Shown here one piece after another: positions 46,456-56,278 of a stretch of 64,000 nt of DNA. The notes beneath the pieces are model-generated. The model ran no database searches, was not told the DNA's origin, and saw only the letters and a list, made by a program, of their open reading frames with translations. Source of the DNA: Candidatus Falkowbacteria bacterium GW2011_GWF2_43_32 (lineage in GTDB: Bacteria > Patescibacteriota > Patescibacteriia > Patescibacteriales > UBA12465); NCBI GenBank assembly GCA_000999715.1, contig LCGL01000003.1, positions 90,942 to 154,941 on the forward strand. Reading direction: 5' to 3'. Positions within the stretch are counted from its first letter, which is position 1, and each line of letters begins with the position of its first letter. A program made the translations under genes and the position numbers.

Positions 46456-47363
46456 TTGTGACTTAAATCAAAATATTCTCTCCGGCGCGAAATTCGCTTC
46501 ATAAATGTCCAAGCTCTAAAAAATAGACCATGAAAACGAATTGGAACAATCTTTCGTAAACTCGATACTAACCTATCAAAAACATTCTTGTTAAAATCAT
46601 GCTCTACCGCGGCGCCATCCTCAGAAAGTTTTTTATAAAAATATTGATCGGGAGACATAATTGTTTCAACCTGATTTTTCTTTCGAACCAGAAAACAATT
46701 TAAAAGACGATTGCCGGGCTTAAAAGACAAACCGACATAATCTCTCGCCTGGTTGTACTTGTGAAACCTCTGAACCCGACCACGAATTTCTATCAAATAA
46801 GCTTCGACTATCTCGAATCCGTTGTCTGTGTAAAAATCATGGAAAAAAGTTGGCGAAAATTGATAAAATCCGTGATTAAGAAAATTTTGCGCCGGAAGTA
46901 TCTGCAATACGTAACCGCCGATCTTCGCCATTCGGACAATATTTTCCATTACCGACTTTATATCAAAAATATGTTCCAAAGTACCGCTATCAATAATAAA
47001 ATTAAAAAAATCATGGAATTTAGAATCAACCGGGGATTGTAAATCATGAAGAATTTTCGGCCGATCAAAGGGAAACTTATCAATATCATAATAATCTTCC
47101 TCTTTAATTCCTAAAAATTCAAAGAAGGTTTTCGCGTGTATATAATTCGCTGCTTCCTTATTTATTTTAGGGATATCACTACTGACGGAATGCAGAATTT
47201 TTTCTAGCCGGCTAAACTCAATCTTTTCTTTTGCCAATAAACCTTCAATATTTTGAGCCGTAGCATAAATATCCTGATTTCCTAAAGTAAGAACCGGGCC
47301 AATAAATTTATATTTTTTTACTCTTTGAACAATAAATTTTAAATGAGGCGCTGGTAAACCCAT
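46449..47363 (-). CDS. Methyltransferase-fold-like hypothetical protein
   Basis: 304 aa. FNFIIDSGTLEHIFDIKSVMENIVRMAKIGGYVLQILP resembles the post-II/III region of class I SAM methyltransferases. The glycine-rich motif I is degenerate (VLTLGNQD). Confidence 0.45.
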   Translation of the reverse strand: MGLPAPHLKFIVQRVKKYKFIGPVLTLGNQDIYATAQNIEGLLAKEKIEFSRLEKILHSVSSDIPKINKEAANYIHAKTFFEFLGIKEEDYYDIDKFPFDRPKILHDLQSPVDSKFHDFFNFIIDSGTLEHIFDIKSVMENIVRMAKIGGYVLQILPAQNFLNHGFYQFSPTFFHDFYTDNGFEIVEAYLIEIRGRVQRFHKYNQARDYVGLSFKPGNRLLNCFLVRKKNQVETIMSPDQYFYKKLSEDGAAVEHDFNKNVFDRLVSSLRKIVPIRFHGLFFRAWTFMKRISRRREYFDLSHKW

Positions 47364-47404
47364 AATTTTTAATTATTGTTTTCTAAATTATTATTCTCTA
47401 ATTT

Positions 47405-48127
47405 TTATATTTTTTTTAAAATTATTTCCCAATTATAGTAACCTAAAATCGGAATTTTAATTTTTCTAATAATTTTCATAATCATATTCTCATACAATTT
47501 CCTATCAGCCAAGCCGATTCTCTTAATAAAAAAATCGGAAATCGGAAACCATTGAAGCGTTTTTTTTACTTCTAAAAATTGAAAGTTATTCTGATTAAAT
47601 AAATCCAATAATTGACAATCGGACGAATATTCTCGAAGATGAGTCGGATCCAAGACCCATTTTCCTTTATTCCTATAAAAATACCAGCCATACCACTTCT
47701 TAAAAACTGTAGAAATATAAACTATACCCCCAGCCCTAACTTTCTTTTTGATTGCTTCAATCATCTTTCGATCATCGACGTGTTCTATTACTTGAGTGGA
47801 AATAAAAAAATCGATGCTCACATCAGCTACAGTCTCTAAATTTTCCGCACTATCGACACTAGCGTTGATAGTGCCATTAATCTTCTTAACTATTTCTATT
47901 CTATTTCTTGATAAATCTATCGCTAAAATCTTCTTGCCCTTCAAGTAGCCGGCCCTATCTAAAGCGTATAAAAGAGACCCATCGCCACAACCACAATCGA
48001 GAATACTGTCGTAAGATTCAGAATTAAGATACTTCTTTAAAAGCAAAGGGATTAAGCCGTTATAATACTGCGGCGCTAATCTAGCATATTCTTCTATATT
48101 TACTGTCTCCATGTTATTAAATCTCAT
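47405..48127 (-). CDS. Class I SAM-dependent methyltransferase
   Basis: 240 aa. ILDCGCGDGSLLYAL is motif I, and FFISTQVIEHVDD is also present. Confidence 0.8.
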   Translation of the reverse strand: MRFNNMETVNIEEYARLAPQYYNGLIPLLLKKYLNSESYDSILDCGCGDGSLLYALDRAGYLKGKKILAIDLSRNRIEIVKKINGTINASVDSAENLETVADVSIDFFISTQVIEHVDDRKMIEAIKKKVRAGGIVYISTVFKKWYGWYFYRNKGKWVLDPTHLREYSSDCQLLDLFNQNNFQFLEVKKTLQWFPISDFFIKRIGLADRKLYENMIMKIIRKIKIPILGYYNWEIILKKI

Positions 48128-48158
48128 TACTATAACTAACTAAATCTACCAAGAAATT

Positions 48159-48956
48159 TTATTTAATTTTACGACCAATAAAAATAACGCAGGGACTGAA
48201 CAGTTTAGTTTCCAGACCTTTTTTTCCAAAAATTAAACGCAAAAGAGGATTTAAAATGTAACGATCCGGAAAACTTAAAATCTTCATAATATACCATCCA
48301 AAATTTCTCTTTGCTAGGGGAAGTCTAAGCTTTATAGTTCCGTATTTACCACAAAATATTTCCTGCACATCATCTCTAACGCATGCTTCGCGTAAAGTCT
48401 CTTCTTCCATAATTTTCAAATTATGGAGTGGTAAAAGATCGGGACGAAATATCTTCGCTTTCAAATAATTGAACCCTTTAAGCCGCGGTATCTGAATAAA
48501 AAAATACCCTCCTTTTTTTAAAAGGGCTAAATGAATCGCGACCGCTTTCTGCGGCGGAAGAATATGCTCCACAAATCCGTAAGAATAAACCAAATCAAAA
48601 CTTTCAGCATAAGTTTTTAACATTTTCTCGTCAAAAGCGTCGCTGATAATAGTATTTACTCCCGTCACTTGAGCATTTTTAGCCGCCGCCTCCGAATATT
48701 CAATGCCAAAAGATTGATAATTAAAAGAATCGGCCAGCTGTCTAACCAGTTTTCCATCGCCCGACCCTATTTCGCACATCTTTGGGCGCGATTCATCATT
48801 TCCTTGATATCTCGGCAAATATTTTTCCAAAATGCAATTACAAAGAAATAAATCATAAAATGAAAAAAATCCTTTCTTTGTCTTGATATGGATTTTTTTT
48901 TCATTCTTATAATATTCATCCCAATCTTGTTGTTTATATCTATTTTCAACACTCAT
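48159..48956 (-). CDS. Class I SAM-dependent methyltransferase
   Basis: 265 aa. MCEIGSGDGKLVRQL is motif I, and DLVYSYGFVEHI is also present. Confidence 0.75.
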   Translation of the reverse strand: MSVENRYKQQDWDEYYKNEKKIHIKTKKGFFSFYDLFLCNCILEKYLPRYQGNDESRPKMCEIGSGDGKLVRQLADSFNYQSFGIEYSEAAAKNAQVTGVNTIISDAFDEKMLKTYAESFDLVYSYGFVEHILPPQKAVAIHLALLKKGGYFFIQIPRLKGFNYLKAKIFRPDLLPLHNLKIMEEETLREACVRDDVQEIFCGKYGTIKLRLPLAKRNFGWYIMKILSFPDRYILNPLLRLIFGKKGLETKLFSPCVIFIGRKIK

Positions 48957-48965
48957 AAAATAAAA

Positions 48966-49976
48966 TTAAAAGTTATTATTAATACTTAAATTTTTTAAAA
49001 AACGACTATTAAATACGTTTTTATAACCAACAACTAATTTTCTTAAAATGACGCTGGGAACAATAATCGTACCCAAAGAAAAAAACCAAAATCTAATGTT
49101 AAATATATTTTGCCAGCGAAATTTCAATAAATACCAAATTTCTCTTAATAAAAATTTAAACCCCCCATAATTTTTTATCTGGACTAAACCAATGTAATTA
49201 CGAGCAATAAAATTTCTTATTAAATATTTCTTTAATTTTTTAAACTTTTCTTCAATTAAAACTTTATTTATCATATTGGCCCATGATAACATCGGAGATT
49301 TTTGATAAACGGAACAATTTCTCGAATTGCTAAATCCTATGCGGACGGCTACAATATTATCTTTTAAAATTACCGAGGAACTTTGTTTTAACATTTTCAC
49401 CACCATAGAAGCGGTCTCGACAAAAGGATTAACTTCGAAATGACCGACAATATGTTTTCTTCTAAATCCAATTCCGGAAAGCTGATCTGCTAAGGCAACC
49501 ACATCTTTGACCTGGCCAAAAGGGCTGTTTATAGAAACAACTTTTGTCTTATCAAACTGTTTTGTCACCCTAACCGGTTTACGATAATCCTCTTCAAACC
49601 AATAATAAGGTCGGACAACCGTTCCGATTTCTTCGGATATTTGAAAGGCCTTATAAATCTTTTCTAAAGCCGCGACGTCAAGAATATCATCCCCGCAAAC
49701 ATAAACTAAAATATCCGCGCTAGCTAAATTTAAACAAGCGTTCAAATTTCCGCCACAACCTAAATTTTTCTCATTAACATAAAACTTAATCCGCTCATCA
49801 TGGACCGATCTGATTAAATCAACGGTTTGATCGGTCGATTGATCATCGCTAATAAGCAATTCAAAATCCTTAAAACTCTGATTTAAAATGCTTTTAATGG
49901 TTTCCAGAATAGTCGCGGCATTATTATAAGAGGGGAGAAGAACGCTTAAGCAAGGTTTTTTTTCTTCTAAAATCAT
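48966..49976 (-). CDS. Glycosyltransferase family 2
   Basis: 336 aa. LSVLLPSYNNAATILETIKSILNQSFKDFELLISDDQSTDQT. Confidence 0.8.
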   Translation of the reverse strand: MILEEKKPCLSVLLPSYNNAATILETIKSILNQSFKDFELLISDDQSTDQTVDLIRSVHDERIKFYVNEKNLGCGGNLNACLNLASADILVYVCGDDILDVAALEKIYKAFQISEEIGTVVRPYYWFEEDYRKPVRVTKQFDKTKVVSINSPFGQVKDVVALADQLSGIGFRRKHIVGHFEVNPFVETASMVVKMLKQSSSVILKDNIVAVRIGFSNSRNCSVYQKSPMLSWANMINKVLIEEKFKKLKKYLIRNFIARNYIGLVQIKNYGGFKFLLREIWYLLKFRWQNIFNIRFWFFSLGTIIVPSVILRKLVVGYKNVFNSRFLKNLSINNNF

Positions 49977-49985
49977 CGGGGTTGT

Positions 49986-50912
49986 TTAGTTAATTAAATA
50001 CTTAATTTCTTCTTCTATCCCCGTCAATGAACTAAATTTCGGATAATACCCAAGTGTTTCCGCTTTTTTATTTTTTGAATAATAAGCATTTTTAAGACCG
50101 GTTGGGCTAATTAAATCAATATTACGACTAATCTTATACTTCAAGTTATATTTTTCTTGAAAATACTTCAAGAGATGAAAAAACGAAACAGGCTCGAGAC
50201 TATAGGCGTCAAAAAAATCATTGATTCTTTCTTTTTTTATAATTAGTTTAATTAAATTTAATATATCGTGCGGATTAATAAAATCCCGAATAAAATCATC
50301 GGGCACGGCCGTAAAAACCGTTTTATTATTTATGGCGTTGATAACATGTGACAATAGAAAACCGGAATTTTCTAAACCCAAGAAACGACTAAAAAAAGAA
50401 AAAAGACGAATATCAACAATATTCAAATCAACTAAACAACGATGCTTGGCCTCACAATTTATCTTACTTACCGCATAGCAATCTCCTTGATCGATATGAT
50501 TAATATCTAAAACAAGAAGTGATTCCGTATCAATCGGCGTCCCGACAGTTTTACCATAAACCGCGCCGCTACTAAAATTTATATATCTCGTCTTCGGACG
50601 CCGCCGAAGATAATCAAGTGCCATATTATCAAACCTTTCAGTAATCTCAAATAATTCAAAACCGGCTTCTTTCATTTCTTTCGGGTCTCCGATACCGATA
50701 CAATTTATAACCGCATCATATTCATGATTAAAAAATTCGTCAAATGAACAAGCGATAAAATTTGTCTTCTTGTCTAAACTGTCTAAAAAAGTATTAATTT
50801 TTTCCGGCGACCGGGCAAAAGCAAAAACTTCGAAGTCCTCTTCCTGCGACAAGCAATAAATCAAAGATTTCCCAATAAAACCGGTTGCTCCTAAAATAGC
50901 GATTTTTTTCAT
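49986..50912 (-). CDS. NAD-dependent epimerase/dehydratase (SDR) family protein
   Basis: 308 aa. KIAILGATGFIGKSL Rossmann motif and YAVSK (Y-x3-K). Confidence 0.75.
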   Translation of the reverse strand: MKKIAILGATGFIGKSLIYCLSQEEDFEVFAFARSPEKINTFLDSLDKKTNFIACSFDEFFNHEYDAVINCIGIGDPKEMKEAGFELFEITERFDNMALDYLRRRPKTRYINFSSGAVYGKTVGTPIDTESLLVLDINHIDQGDCYAVSKINCEAKHRCLVDLNIVDIRLFSFFSRFLGLENSGFLLSHVINAINNKTVFTAVPDDFIRDFINPHDILNLIKLIIKKERINDFFDAYSLEPVSFFHLLKYFQEKYNLKYKISRNIDLISPTGLKNAYYSKNKKAETLGYYPKFSSLTGIEEEIKYLIN

Positions 50913-51832
50913 ATTCGAGATTTATTTAACATTTTACTAATACTAGCAGCCACTAAACTCGGGCTAATTTCATGATGTTCGCAAAGATAATCACGATTGC
51001 CAACCACCTTGCAAGAATCTCTTTTTAAACCAAAGACCTTAATCATCTTTTCTCGGCCATCAAAAGCGTTCCTGACAAAAGCGGCTAAACCAAGACTACT
51101 AATATGCTCCTCAATCACAAAAACATTCTTAAAGCCGTCTAATGCTCGCCGAACATTATCACTAAAGTCATCATCAATAATCGGACAAGAAAAAACCTCC
51201 GCGGCAATCCCTTTTTCTTGCAAAAGTCCGGCTACGGAAAAAGCGTTTTCTAAAGTAGTGCTCGCCGCAACTAAAGCCACTTCTCCGACTTTATCAGCCA
51301 ATAAACCAAATCTATTTATTTTACTAACCTCTTGCGACTCTTGATGAAAAACTTTCTCACAATTCCGACCTAAGCGCAAATATTTAGGTCCCTGTTCTCG
51401 AAAAATATAATCCATAACGAATTCCACTTCCCGAGAATCGCCAGGTAAAAGCAACTTGACATTCGGCAACGATCCCATTAGGGCAATATCCTGAACGGCG
51501 TGATGAGAGTACCCTTGGCTGCCATACATAAAACCGGGTCCAACGCTGACTATTGTAACATCAAGATCATGATAACAAATATCATTTCGAATCTGCTCTA
51601 AACAACGAGTAGTATTAAAATTACCAATAGAATAAGTAAAAACTTTAAAACCGCTCAAGGCCAAGCCGGCCGCCATACCGGTCATGTTTTGCTCGGCAAC
51701 GCCGGCATTTAAAAATCTGTCTGGATTCTTTTTGACAAAGGGTTCAACAATGCCAAAGCCTAAATCACCAATAACCAAATAAGTATCGCGATCCGCTTTT
51801 TCTGTTAAAATTTTAATAAAAATATTTCTCAT
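50909..51832 (-). CDS. Transketolase, C-terminal (pyrimidine-binding) subunit
   Basis: 307 aa. DLGFGIVEPF...NAGVAEQNMTGMAAGLALSGFKVFTYS. Confidence 0.85.
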   Translation of the reverse strand: MRNIFIKILTEKADRDTYLVIGDLGFGIVEPFVKKNPDRFLNAGVAEQNMTGMAAGLALSGFKVFTYSIGNFNTTRCLEQIRNDICYHDLDVTIVSVGPGFMYGSQGYSHHAVQDIALMGSLPNVKLLLPGDSREVEFVMDYIFREQGPKYLRLGRNCEKVFHQESQEVSKINRFGLLADKVGEVALVAASTTLENAFSVAGLLQEKGIAAEVFSCPIIDDDFSDNVRRALDGFKNVFVIEEHISSLGLAAFVRNAFDGREKMIKVFGLKRDSCKVVGNRDYLCEHHEISPSLVAASISKMLNKSRI

Positions 51833-51836
51833 AATT

Positions 51837-52658
51837 TTATCCTAATTCTATTAATCCTTGCTGATATTCTTCATCTGACGGCCAACGATAATGCCACTCT
51901 AGCTTATTTTCAATAAAGGAAACCCCTCGACCCTTTATAGTATCGGCGATAATAAGTTTTGGCCTCCCCGATTGGCTATTCGATAAAACCGTAAAAGCAC
52001 GATATAATTCAGAAAAATCATGGCCGTCAATTCGCATCACCTCCCAATTAAAGGCCTCAAATTTTTTTTCTAACGGGTCAAGATTAACAACATCTTTAGT
52101 AAAACCAAAGGCCTGCAGTTTATTACAATCGATAATCACAAATAGATTATCCATCTTCAGATGGGCGGCCATTGCGAAGGCCTCCCAATTGGATCCCTCA
52201 TTCAACTCTCCATCACTTAAAATAGTAAAGGTCCTCCAAGCTTCTCCACGGCTTTTAGCGGCCAGAGCCATTCCTAAAGACACCGGCAGTCCATGCCCCA
52301 AAGATCCGGTAGAAAATTCTACTCCGGGAACCTCGGAATTAACATGGGACATCAAAATCGAATTATTTTTTGCATAAGTGTCTAATAATTCTTTAGGAAA
52401 ATATCCTAGTTCGGCTAAAATGGCATACAAAGCGGAACAAGCGTGCCCTTTGGATAAAATCAAGCGATCTCTTTCCGCGTCATCAGGATTCTTATGATTA
52501 TTTTTTAAAATCAATTTATATAAAACTACTAAAATTTCAACGATCGAGAAAGCGCTTCCAACATGAGAAGACTTGGTCGAATAAACCATTTGCCAAACAT
52601 CTTTTCTTGTTCTTCGAGCTAAATCCAATAATTCTTTTTCATCTACCTTCCCAAACAT
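51837..52658 (-). CDS. Transketolase, N-terminal (ThDP-binding) subunit
   Basis: 273 aa. SHVGSAFSIVEIL, LSKGHACSALYAILA, GSLGHGLPVSLGMALA, ILSDGELNEGSNWEA. Confidence 0.85.
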   Translation of the reverse strand: MFGKVDEKELLDLARRTRKDVWQMVYSTKSSHVGSAFSIVEILVVLYKLILKNNHKNPDDAERDRLILSKGHACSALYAILAELGYFPKELLDTYAKNNSILMSHVNSEVPGVEFSTGSLGHGLPVSLGMALAAKSRGEAWRTFTILSDGELNEGSNWEAFAMAAHLKMDNLFVIIDCNKLQAFGFTKDVVNLDPLEKKFEAFNWEVMRIDGHDFSELYRAFTVLSNSQSGRPKLIIADTIKGRGVSFIENKLEWHYRWPSDEEYQQGLIELG

Positions 52659-52667
52659 AAAATTTAT

Positions 52668-53555
52668 TTATTTTAATAAAAATTCAACCCCCACCATCCC
52701 TCTTAAAAAATACATGCCAAGAGTTAAAATAGGGTGTCCCAATAGTTTTCGCCATTTTCCGGCCTCTAAAAATACTCCAAAAAAACGATATTTTAAACCG
52801 AACTGTTTCTTAATATCCGGGTCATCTTTTCCCCACTTATTAATATAAATCGCAAAGCTCCTGGAATAATAATTTTTCTTTTTTAAATATTTTTTTAAAT
52901 TAAATTCGGATTCGTTATGATAAACCACTGACTGATAATTATGCGGATTAACTCCCTTATCCTTAATTAAATTAATCAATGGCCAATCTTTCGTATTATT
53001 TTCCCGACCAACCGGCAACAGGCCGATCTTCCCGATCTGTTTAATTTTCTTATCAATATCCCAATCCTCCGGCCCGCTCATTGTTTCATCGAAGCCCCCG
53101 ACTTCAACAAATTTATCCTTGCTAAAAAATCTTGCTCCATCAATTGCTGTTCCGTCATAAAAAGATCTTTCAAAACGCCGCACACGACTCCAAAAATTCC
53201 GACCCAAAACAATCTCACTGATATGAAGCGCGACGGCCTTTTCTTGACTGATAAATTCCACGCAATTACTTATCAAGCCGGGCGACAAAATCATATCGGC
53301 ATCGACAAACATCACATATTCGCCGGCGCTTTTATCAATCATCCCATAATTCCTTTGGGCGCTCCGCTCCGGACCTTTGTCATAGACCTTATCCGTATAG
53401 CGTTCGGCAATTTCTTTGGTCTGATCGTCGGAATTATTGTCAACTACAATAACCTCTATATTATTATAGCCCTGTTCCTTAATCGACCGCAAGCAGTTCT
53501 CGATATTCTTCTCTTCATTTTTGGTCGTGATAACGACGGAAACAAGCGGGAACAT
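52668..53555 (-). CDS. Glycosyltransferase family 2
   Basis: 295 aa. VSVVITTKNEEKNIENCLRSIKEQGYNNIEVIVVDNNSDDQT and FVDADM. Confidence 0.8.
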   Translation of the reverse strand: MFPLVSVVITTKNEEKNIENCLRSIKEQGYNNIEVIVVDNNSDDQTKEIAERYTDKVYDKGPERSAQRNYGMIDKSAGEYVMFVDADMILSPGLISNCVEFISQEKAVALHISEIVLGRNFWSRVRRFERSFYDGTAIDGARFFSKDKFVEVGGFDETMSGPEDWDIDKKIKQIGKIGLLPVGRENNTKDWPLINLIKDKGVNPHNYQSVVYHNESEFNLKKYLKKKNYYSRSFAIYINKWGKDDPDIKKQFGLKYRFFGVFLEAGKWRKLLGHPILTLGMYFLRGMVGVEFLLK

Positions 53556-53651
53556 AAAATTATTGATCTATTTTGTTTATACTTAAAATAATGAACCATT
53601 CATCTCTATATTTTAAGTATATTTAAAACTCTTTAAAATAAGGTTAACTTC

Positions 53652-55175
53652 CTACTTCCCAAAATCCAATAAATGTCCTAAAACCTTGATTCCGGCTCGC
53701 CACATAAAACGGAGGTCAGTTAAACTCCGGATGCCGGCAATTTTTCGCCAAATGAATTTCGGCGTCAAAAACGATTTATACAAGCCCTGGGTCATCTCTT
53801 TTACTTCCGCGGTCGTCAATTCACATTTCATTACTTGCTCCCGTTGATCAAAACGATCATAATCAGTAAAATTCAACAAGTCATTATCTTTGCAATATTT
53901 ATACAAAGGCGTACCCGGATACGGAATCAAAACCGTGGCCTGCAAGGTATCGACATAACCCTTCTTAAATAAATCAGCGGCTAAATCCACTGTCCGTTGC
54001 GCATCGGCTCGACTCTCCCAAGGATAGCCGATCATAGTCGTAATATGCGGTTCCAGGCCGGCCTCCTTGCACATCTTCAAGCCCGGCTCGATTTCCTCGA
54101 CCCGAAGTCCTTTGCTAATCGCCTCCAAAGTCTTCTGACTTGCCGACTCCAAACCGAAAAGGATAAATCGAAATCCGGCTTTTTTCATCAAACGCCAAGT
54201 TTCCGGCTCACGAATGCCGTTAATCCGCATATTGCAACTCATCACCACTTTTTTATTATATCCCCTTTCAATCATCCCCGTACAGAAATCTTTCAGCCAA
54301 GGTCCGATTGGCAAAGATCCGGAATCCTCCATAATTTCTTTAACGCCTAAATCAATCAGATGACCGACTTCGTCAAGCGCCAAGCGCGCCGGCCGCGTCC
54401 GAAAATTATTGCCGGGAAAAAGAGTGGTCCAACTGCAAAAACTGCATTTTCCCCACCAACAATCTCGACCGCTCATCATATAGGCGCCGGGCGTATATTT
54501 AAAATTTCCGTTCTTATAGGCATAGCGGCGCCATTCGGTCAGTTCCCGATCAATTTCCGGCAACACGCTTAAATCATGAAGATGATAGTCCTGCTTAAGG
54601 CCACTATTGGTAATTATAACTTCGCTGAACTCTCCGTCCGTCCAATTTATTTCTTCATTTTTCCCCTCCGGATTCCATTTACCGTTCATCCGCCAATACC
54701 AACCCGGTTCCAACGCTCCCTTTCCGGATAAAAATTCAACCAGATTGGCCAAACCGAAATCATAATCCCCGCCGGCCAAAACATAGTCAACTTTCGAATA
54801 TTTCAAACTTTCTTCCGGCTGAGCCGTGATATGATCACCAATTAAAACAACCTTTAGCGGCCAGTCCGCTTTCTCTTTTAATTCGTTAATAATTCGCCAA
54901 TGGCGCTTGACCACCGGGGTTTTGGTTTCAATCATGACTAAATCCGGGCGCGCGGCCAAAAATCGGGCGCGCCATTCCTCATAAGTCAGGCCCTCGGCAA
55001 TGCCGTCATCCCAAACGACTTCTTCGCCTTTATGTTTCAAAAGCGTCGCCGCGTAAGCGGGAATAACCGGATAGATATAAGTCGGGCTGTTAAACCATTG
55101 AAACTGTCGATTCTGGCCTAAAAGCGGAACGCCTTTTTCCGAAACTAGGGGCGGATAAGATATAAAAATTTTCAT
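53652..55175 (-). CDS. B12-binding-domain radical SAM protein (class B-like)
   Basis: 507 aa. The N-terminal flavodoxin-like region (DLVMIETKTPVV...VVLIGDHITA) resembles a cobalamin-binding domain. The Cys cluster reads SGRDCWWGKCSFCSW, i.e. C-x4-C-x2-C spacing as seen in the translation. Confidence 0.75.
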   Translation of the reverse strand: MKIFISYPPLVSEKGVPLLGQNRQFQWFNSPTYIYPVIPAYAATLLKHKGEEVVWDDGIAEGLTYEEWRARFLAARPDLVMIETKTPVVKRHWRIINELKEKADWPLKVVLIGDHITAQPEESLKYSKVDYVLAGGDYDFGLANLVEFLSGKGALEPGWYWRMNGKWNPEGKNEEINWTDGEFSEVIITNSGLKQDYHLHDLSVLPEIDRELTEWRRYAYKNGNFKYTPGAYMMSGRDCWWGKCSFCSWTTLFPGNNFRTRPARLALDEVGHLIDLGVKEIMEDSGSLPIGPWLKDFCTGMIERGYNKKVVMSCNMRINGIREPETWRLMKKAGFRFILFGLESASQKTLEAISKGLRVEEIEPGLKMCKEAGLEPHITTMIGYPWESRADAQRTVDLAADLFKKGYVDTLQATVLIPYPGTPLYKYCKDNDLLNFTDYDRFDQREQVMKCELTTAEVKEMTQGLYKSFLTPKFIWRKIAGIRSLTDLRFMWRAGIKVLGHLLDFGK

Positions 55176-55216
55176 AAATTGATTAAAAATAATTCGTTTT
55201 AAATCGGGTTTTTTAG

Positions 55217-56278
55217 CTAGCGCAATTTACTTTTTAGATTCTTAACCGATAAACCCCGCAAAAAACTGTAACCGTAAATCAAATGAGTTAAAACAATGTA
55301 ATAAACGGCATTCAAGGCGACAAAAATATTTTTTTCGTAACGCCGAATATCAAACAACGCCTTTATCAAAGCTAAAAAATAAATTACCCATCCGAATAAA
55401 CACAAATACGATATTATTTTAAAGATTTGATTCTGACCAAATAACGCGTTTTGACTTAGCCAACCTAGAATAAAACTTGAAATCACGAACAATAGAAATG
55501 CACTCGGCAGGAAATATTTAAAACGCCGGGATGTGGCCGGATATTTTTTGGCAAAGAAACCGCGATGAAGGCCATAGCCGGAAACTTGTTTTAAATGTTT
55601 TCTTAAACCCGGCCGTCGATGATGATAAACAATCAACGCCGGATCGTAAATAATGCTTGCCGGATATTTTTTAATCAAATCCAAACAAAGTTTAGTGTCT
55701 TCGCCCGGCCAAAATTCACTATCAAAACCTCCCAGCTCCGTAAAAGTCGTTTTCCGAATGGAAAAATTTACACTCGGCCAATCATCGACCGATCGCTTAG
55801 CTCCGCGCGACACATATCTTTCCGGATTGCCGCCTGATAAAGAACTTAAAAAAACCGCGCCGGAAACTTTCGCCCAAAAACTGTCATGCGGCGGCGTCAA
55901 AGCCGGGCCGCCGATTGCTTTCACTTGTTCGTCAGTAAAACCGGAATCCAAAATATCTAAAAAATTTCTCTCCGGATAGGCGTCATCATCAATAAATATC
56001 AATATTTCTCCGACCGCTTCTTTGATTGCCCGGCTCCGTTTTGTTGCCGGACCACAATGCCCGGTCGCAATCTGCCGAGTCCTCGACCAAAATTCATTAT
56101 TGACTTCATCCGGATAAATTATAATTTCATAGTCATCGCGAGCAACGCCGTTTGATTCAATTTCTAAAATTTTCGGTACGGCCTCGCGAATATAATCGTT
56201 AATCGTTTTAACCGGAATGATGAAACTATATTTAATCATGGGATTTTTAAATTTATATTTTCCCCCGAAAATACTCAA
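55217..56278 (-). CDS. Glycosyltransferase family 2 with C-terminal TM segments
   Basis: 353 aa. [22 protein letters not shown] and IFIDDDAYP. The likely true start is MIKYSF (about 56239), which removes the 26-nt overlap with uxs. Confidence 0.75.
   Translation of the reverse strand: MSIFGGKYKFKNPMIKYSFIIPVKTINDYIREAVPKILEIESNGVARDDYEIIIYPDEVNNEFWSRTRQIATGHCGPATKRSRAIKEAVGEILIFIDDDAYPERNFLDILDSGFTDEQVKAIGGPALTPPHDSFWAKVSGAVFLSSLSGGNPERYVSRGAKRSVDDWPSVNFSIRKTTFTELGGFDSEFWPGEDTKLCLDLIKKYPASIIYDPALIVYHHRRPGLRKHLKQVSGYGLHRGFFAKKYPATSRRFKYFLPSAFLLFVISSFILGWLSQNALFGQNQIFKIISYLCLFGWVIYFLALIKALFDIRRYEKNIFVALNAVYYIVLTHLIYGYSFLRGLSVKNLKSKLR

Noticed and set aside
29257-53600. The AT-rich block as a prophage, ICE or genomic island with mobility genes
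   Set aside because: Every ORF in it is a glycan, phosphonate or membrane gene. I recognised no integrase, recombinase, transposase, capsid/terminase, relaxase or flanking att-like repeat. Low GC is common for surface-polysaccharide loci.
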